Shown here: positions 61,635-64,000 of the stretch, one piece after another | How positions within the stretch are numbered: the first letter of the stretch is position 1 | Layout: each line of letters opens with the position of its first letter | DNA from: the human T2T-CHM13v2.0 reference genome, Homo sapiens | Assembly (NCBI RefSeq): GCF_009914755.1 | Contig: NC_060930.1 | Length of the DNA: 64,000 nt | Direction: 5' to 3' (one strand) | The notes under the pieces: model-generated | Database searches by the model: none | Told to the model about the DNA's origin: nothing | What the model saw: only the letters and a program-made list of their open reading frames with translations | Position numbers and translations under genes: made by a program

Positions 61635-64000
61635 GTACTTGGATTTTTTAAATTCACATCATCAAGTTATTTGAGTGGTTTCTGTTTCCTATTCTAAATA
61701 TTTTGTCTATGAAAACTTAAAGTATTTATAGTTCCTAAAATGCAAAGATAAAATGGTTGATCATGGTAGAACCACAACTTAGGTGGTCAAAATTCATTTG
61801 GCTTCAGCATGAAGTTAACTTACCTTTTAAAAAGTATATTATTCTTCATATAAATGAAATAGCAAAGATAATTAACTGATCAAACAGTACATTTTCTTCT
61901 GTTCACTCACTCAATTTCTGGACACATTTTTAAAACATCACTTAAACTTGTAAAATGATACTGTTTAAAAATGAAAAATTTGTTTTATTTCAGTAGATCA
62001 ATTTGCTTCTCAGATCATTTTTTCAGTTCACTCTTGCAATTAAATTGAATATATTTGCCTTTCTTTTTCTGAGAAACTAAATGCTTTAACTATTTAAATG
62101 TATGTTTCACTATGCATTCACTCTTGGTCAGCTACATTAATGGAAGAAATCAGAGGTGTGAATCAAACAAAAATATGTATTTGGTTTGGATATACTTTTG
62201 GATATAAATTTGAATGAAGACTAGACCTGTTCAAAAAGGTATTCTCCTTAGAAAATTATACATACGCAGGATACATCAGTTTTGTATACTGTCCTAGAGG
62301 TTTTCTCTGCAGTTCAAGTAAGATATTTTCTTTAAAAAAGTCACTAATGTGCTTATGATAATTGCTCAAAAGAACATTAAACATTTAAAAATAATCTTAA
62401 GATGTGTGCAGTTAATATGAAATCATCTGCAGTGTTTCACTGAGCTATTAAAGAAAATTTGAATAAATATACATATGATACTCCTGTAGATAATCACTAA
62501 AAGATATCAAATTTTACTCCAGTCAATCATTTTAATGAGTCCAAACCAAAATCCCACTGGAAATTTAAGCTTGTTTTTAAAATCATTTCAAGAAATGTAA
62601 AGATGGCTAAGAAAAACTTTTTTTAAAATAATGTAATTTTTAAATAATACAAATGTAGAAAGACTTGCTCGACTGGATACTAAAATATATGTAAAATAAT
62701 AAAAATGAAAGGAAATAAGGTAGGATTTCTCTAAAAGAATAAAAAGACAAGTCAGAGGAATTAAACAGCCCTAAAATAGTCACTATTATGTTTAATAACT
62801 AAGTATATGATAAAATATTAACATCAGGGTCTATAAATATTGTGGTAAAGTTAACGTCATGCCATGCTATAGCAGCAGTTCTAAGTGGACTGAAGACTTA
62901 AGTGTCCAAAGAAATTAGGAAGAAAAAAATTACATATATATGTAAATATAAACAATCTGATCTTGGGATATGAAATGACTCCCTCAGACAATTTTTAAAA
63001 AGATAAGTTTTTTAAAGACCAATAAAAACCTAAGGGACAAAATAAGACATTGATGATTTGAAATTTCTTTGTAACAAAATATACTATAAATTTGAAAGCA
63101 AAGGATAGACTGGAAGAGAATATTTGCAATATTTAAAACAGGCTAATGGTCAGTGCTCACAATATATAACATGCTCTCATGTATCAATTTTAAAACAACA
63201 CCCTTGTAAAAAAAAAAAAAAAAGGATACAATGAGGCAGTGTACAAATAACAAATTCTTAGCAGAATAATTTAGCTCCTGAAATGATACTCATTCTTACT
63301 GGAAACCAGGGGAATGCAGATTCTAATAGGTTATTTTTTTTGCCTATGAAATTTGCAAGAATAAAAGTGACTACTGAGCTTCATTTTTTGTAAGAGTGTA
63401 GTGAAACTAGTATCTGCATACCCTGTTGGTGATGGTATAAATTGGCACAGTATTTTTTAACATTAGTGCATTGATGTATTTTTAAAACACTTATATATTG
63501 CACAATTATCAAATCTGCACAGCAGTTTTTATTTGATAATCTGTTCTACAAAAATACTCATAAATGTACACAAATATAAGGAATTACATCATTAATTATT
63601 ATCAATTCCCATGTAGCCATTTAAAAGCATTAGGTGGATCTCTATGAAATTGTCATGAATTATTTAATTCAGAAAATATTTATTAATCCATGAAGCTTGA
63701 TACTGTTTGCGTGCTGAAAACTCTTCAAGATATATTAATTGAAAAAAATAAAGAAAAATATGAATAATATGATTTCATATAGTATGTTAAAACTAAAAAG
63801 CTGTTTGTGTATTTTATTGTGTTTATGTGATTACATATGAAATATTTGAAAGGATATATATATTCCAAGCTTTTAACAGTAATACAGAAAAAAAGTGGCG
63901 TGACGAATAAGGTTTGTAAAGGGGAATTTTCTTTACATGCGTCTATATTAAATGTTTAAAAATAACATATGTATCCATGTATTGCTAATAAATTTTTTAG

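Overview
Primate (most likely human) genomic DNA, AT-rich and mostly intronic, lying inside the + strand gene FAM135A. Seven GT-AG coding exons (23045-23124, 45964-46103, 46217-46287, 47713-47886, 51455-51581, 52555-52708, 61585-61634) splice into one uninterrupted frame (..[33 protein letters not shown]). The introns hold about 23 Alus, L1 and L2 fragments, DNA transposon fossils, solo LTRs, and a two-LTR, heavily deleted HERV-K(HML-3)/MER9 provirus (15910-19604, - strand, GGTTTC target-site duplication). The most interesting observations are: (1) a frame-preserving 18-nt microexon candidate at 22772-22789; (2) a 78-nt frame-preserving cassette exon with QKI-type motifs at 56719-56796; (3) a 666-nt phase-1/phase-1 exon block flanked by oppositely oriented Alus, which would form a stop-free circular ORF if back-spliced; (4) a 148-bp templated copy of local unique DNA inserted into the 3' end of an Alu; (5) a second, 95-bp local duplication; (6) a provirus lacking pol and most of CA but with a largely intact dUTPase domain. 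There is no evidence for a prokaryote-type system. Repeat subfamily names and the gene identity come from recalled consensus/protein sequences, not database searches.
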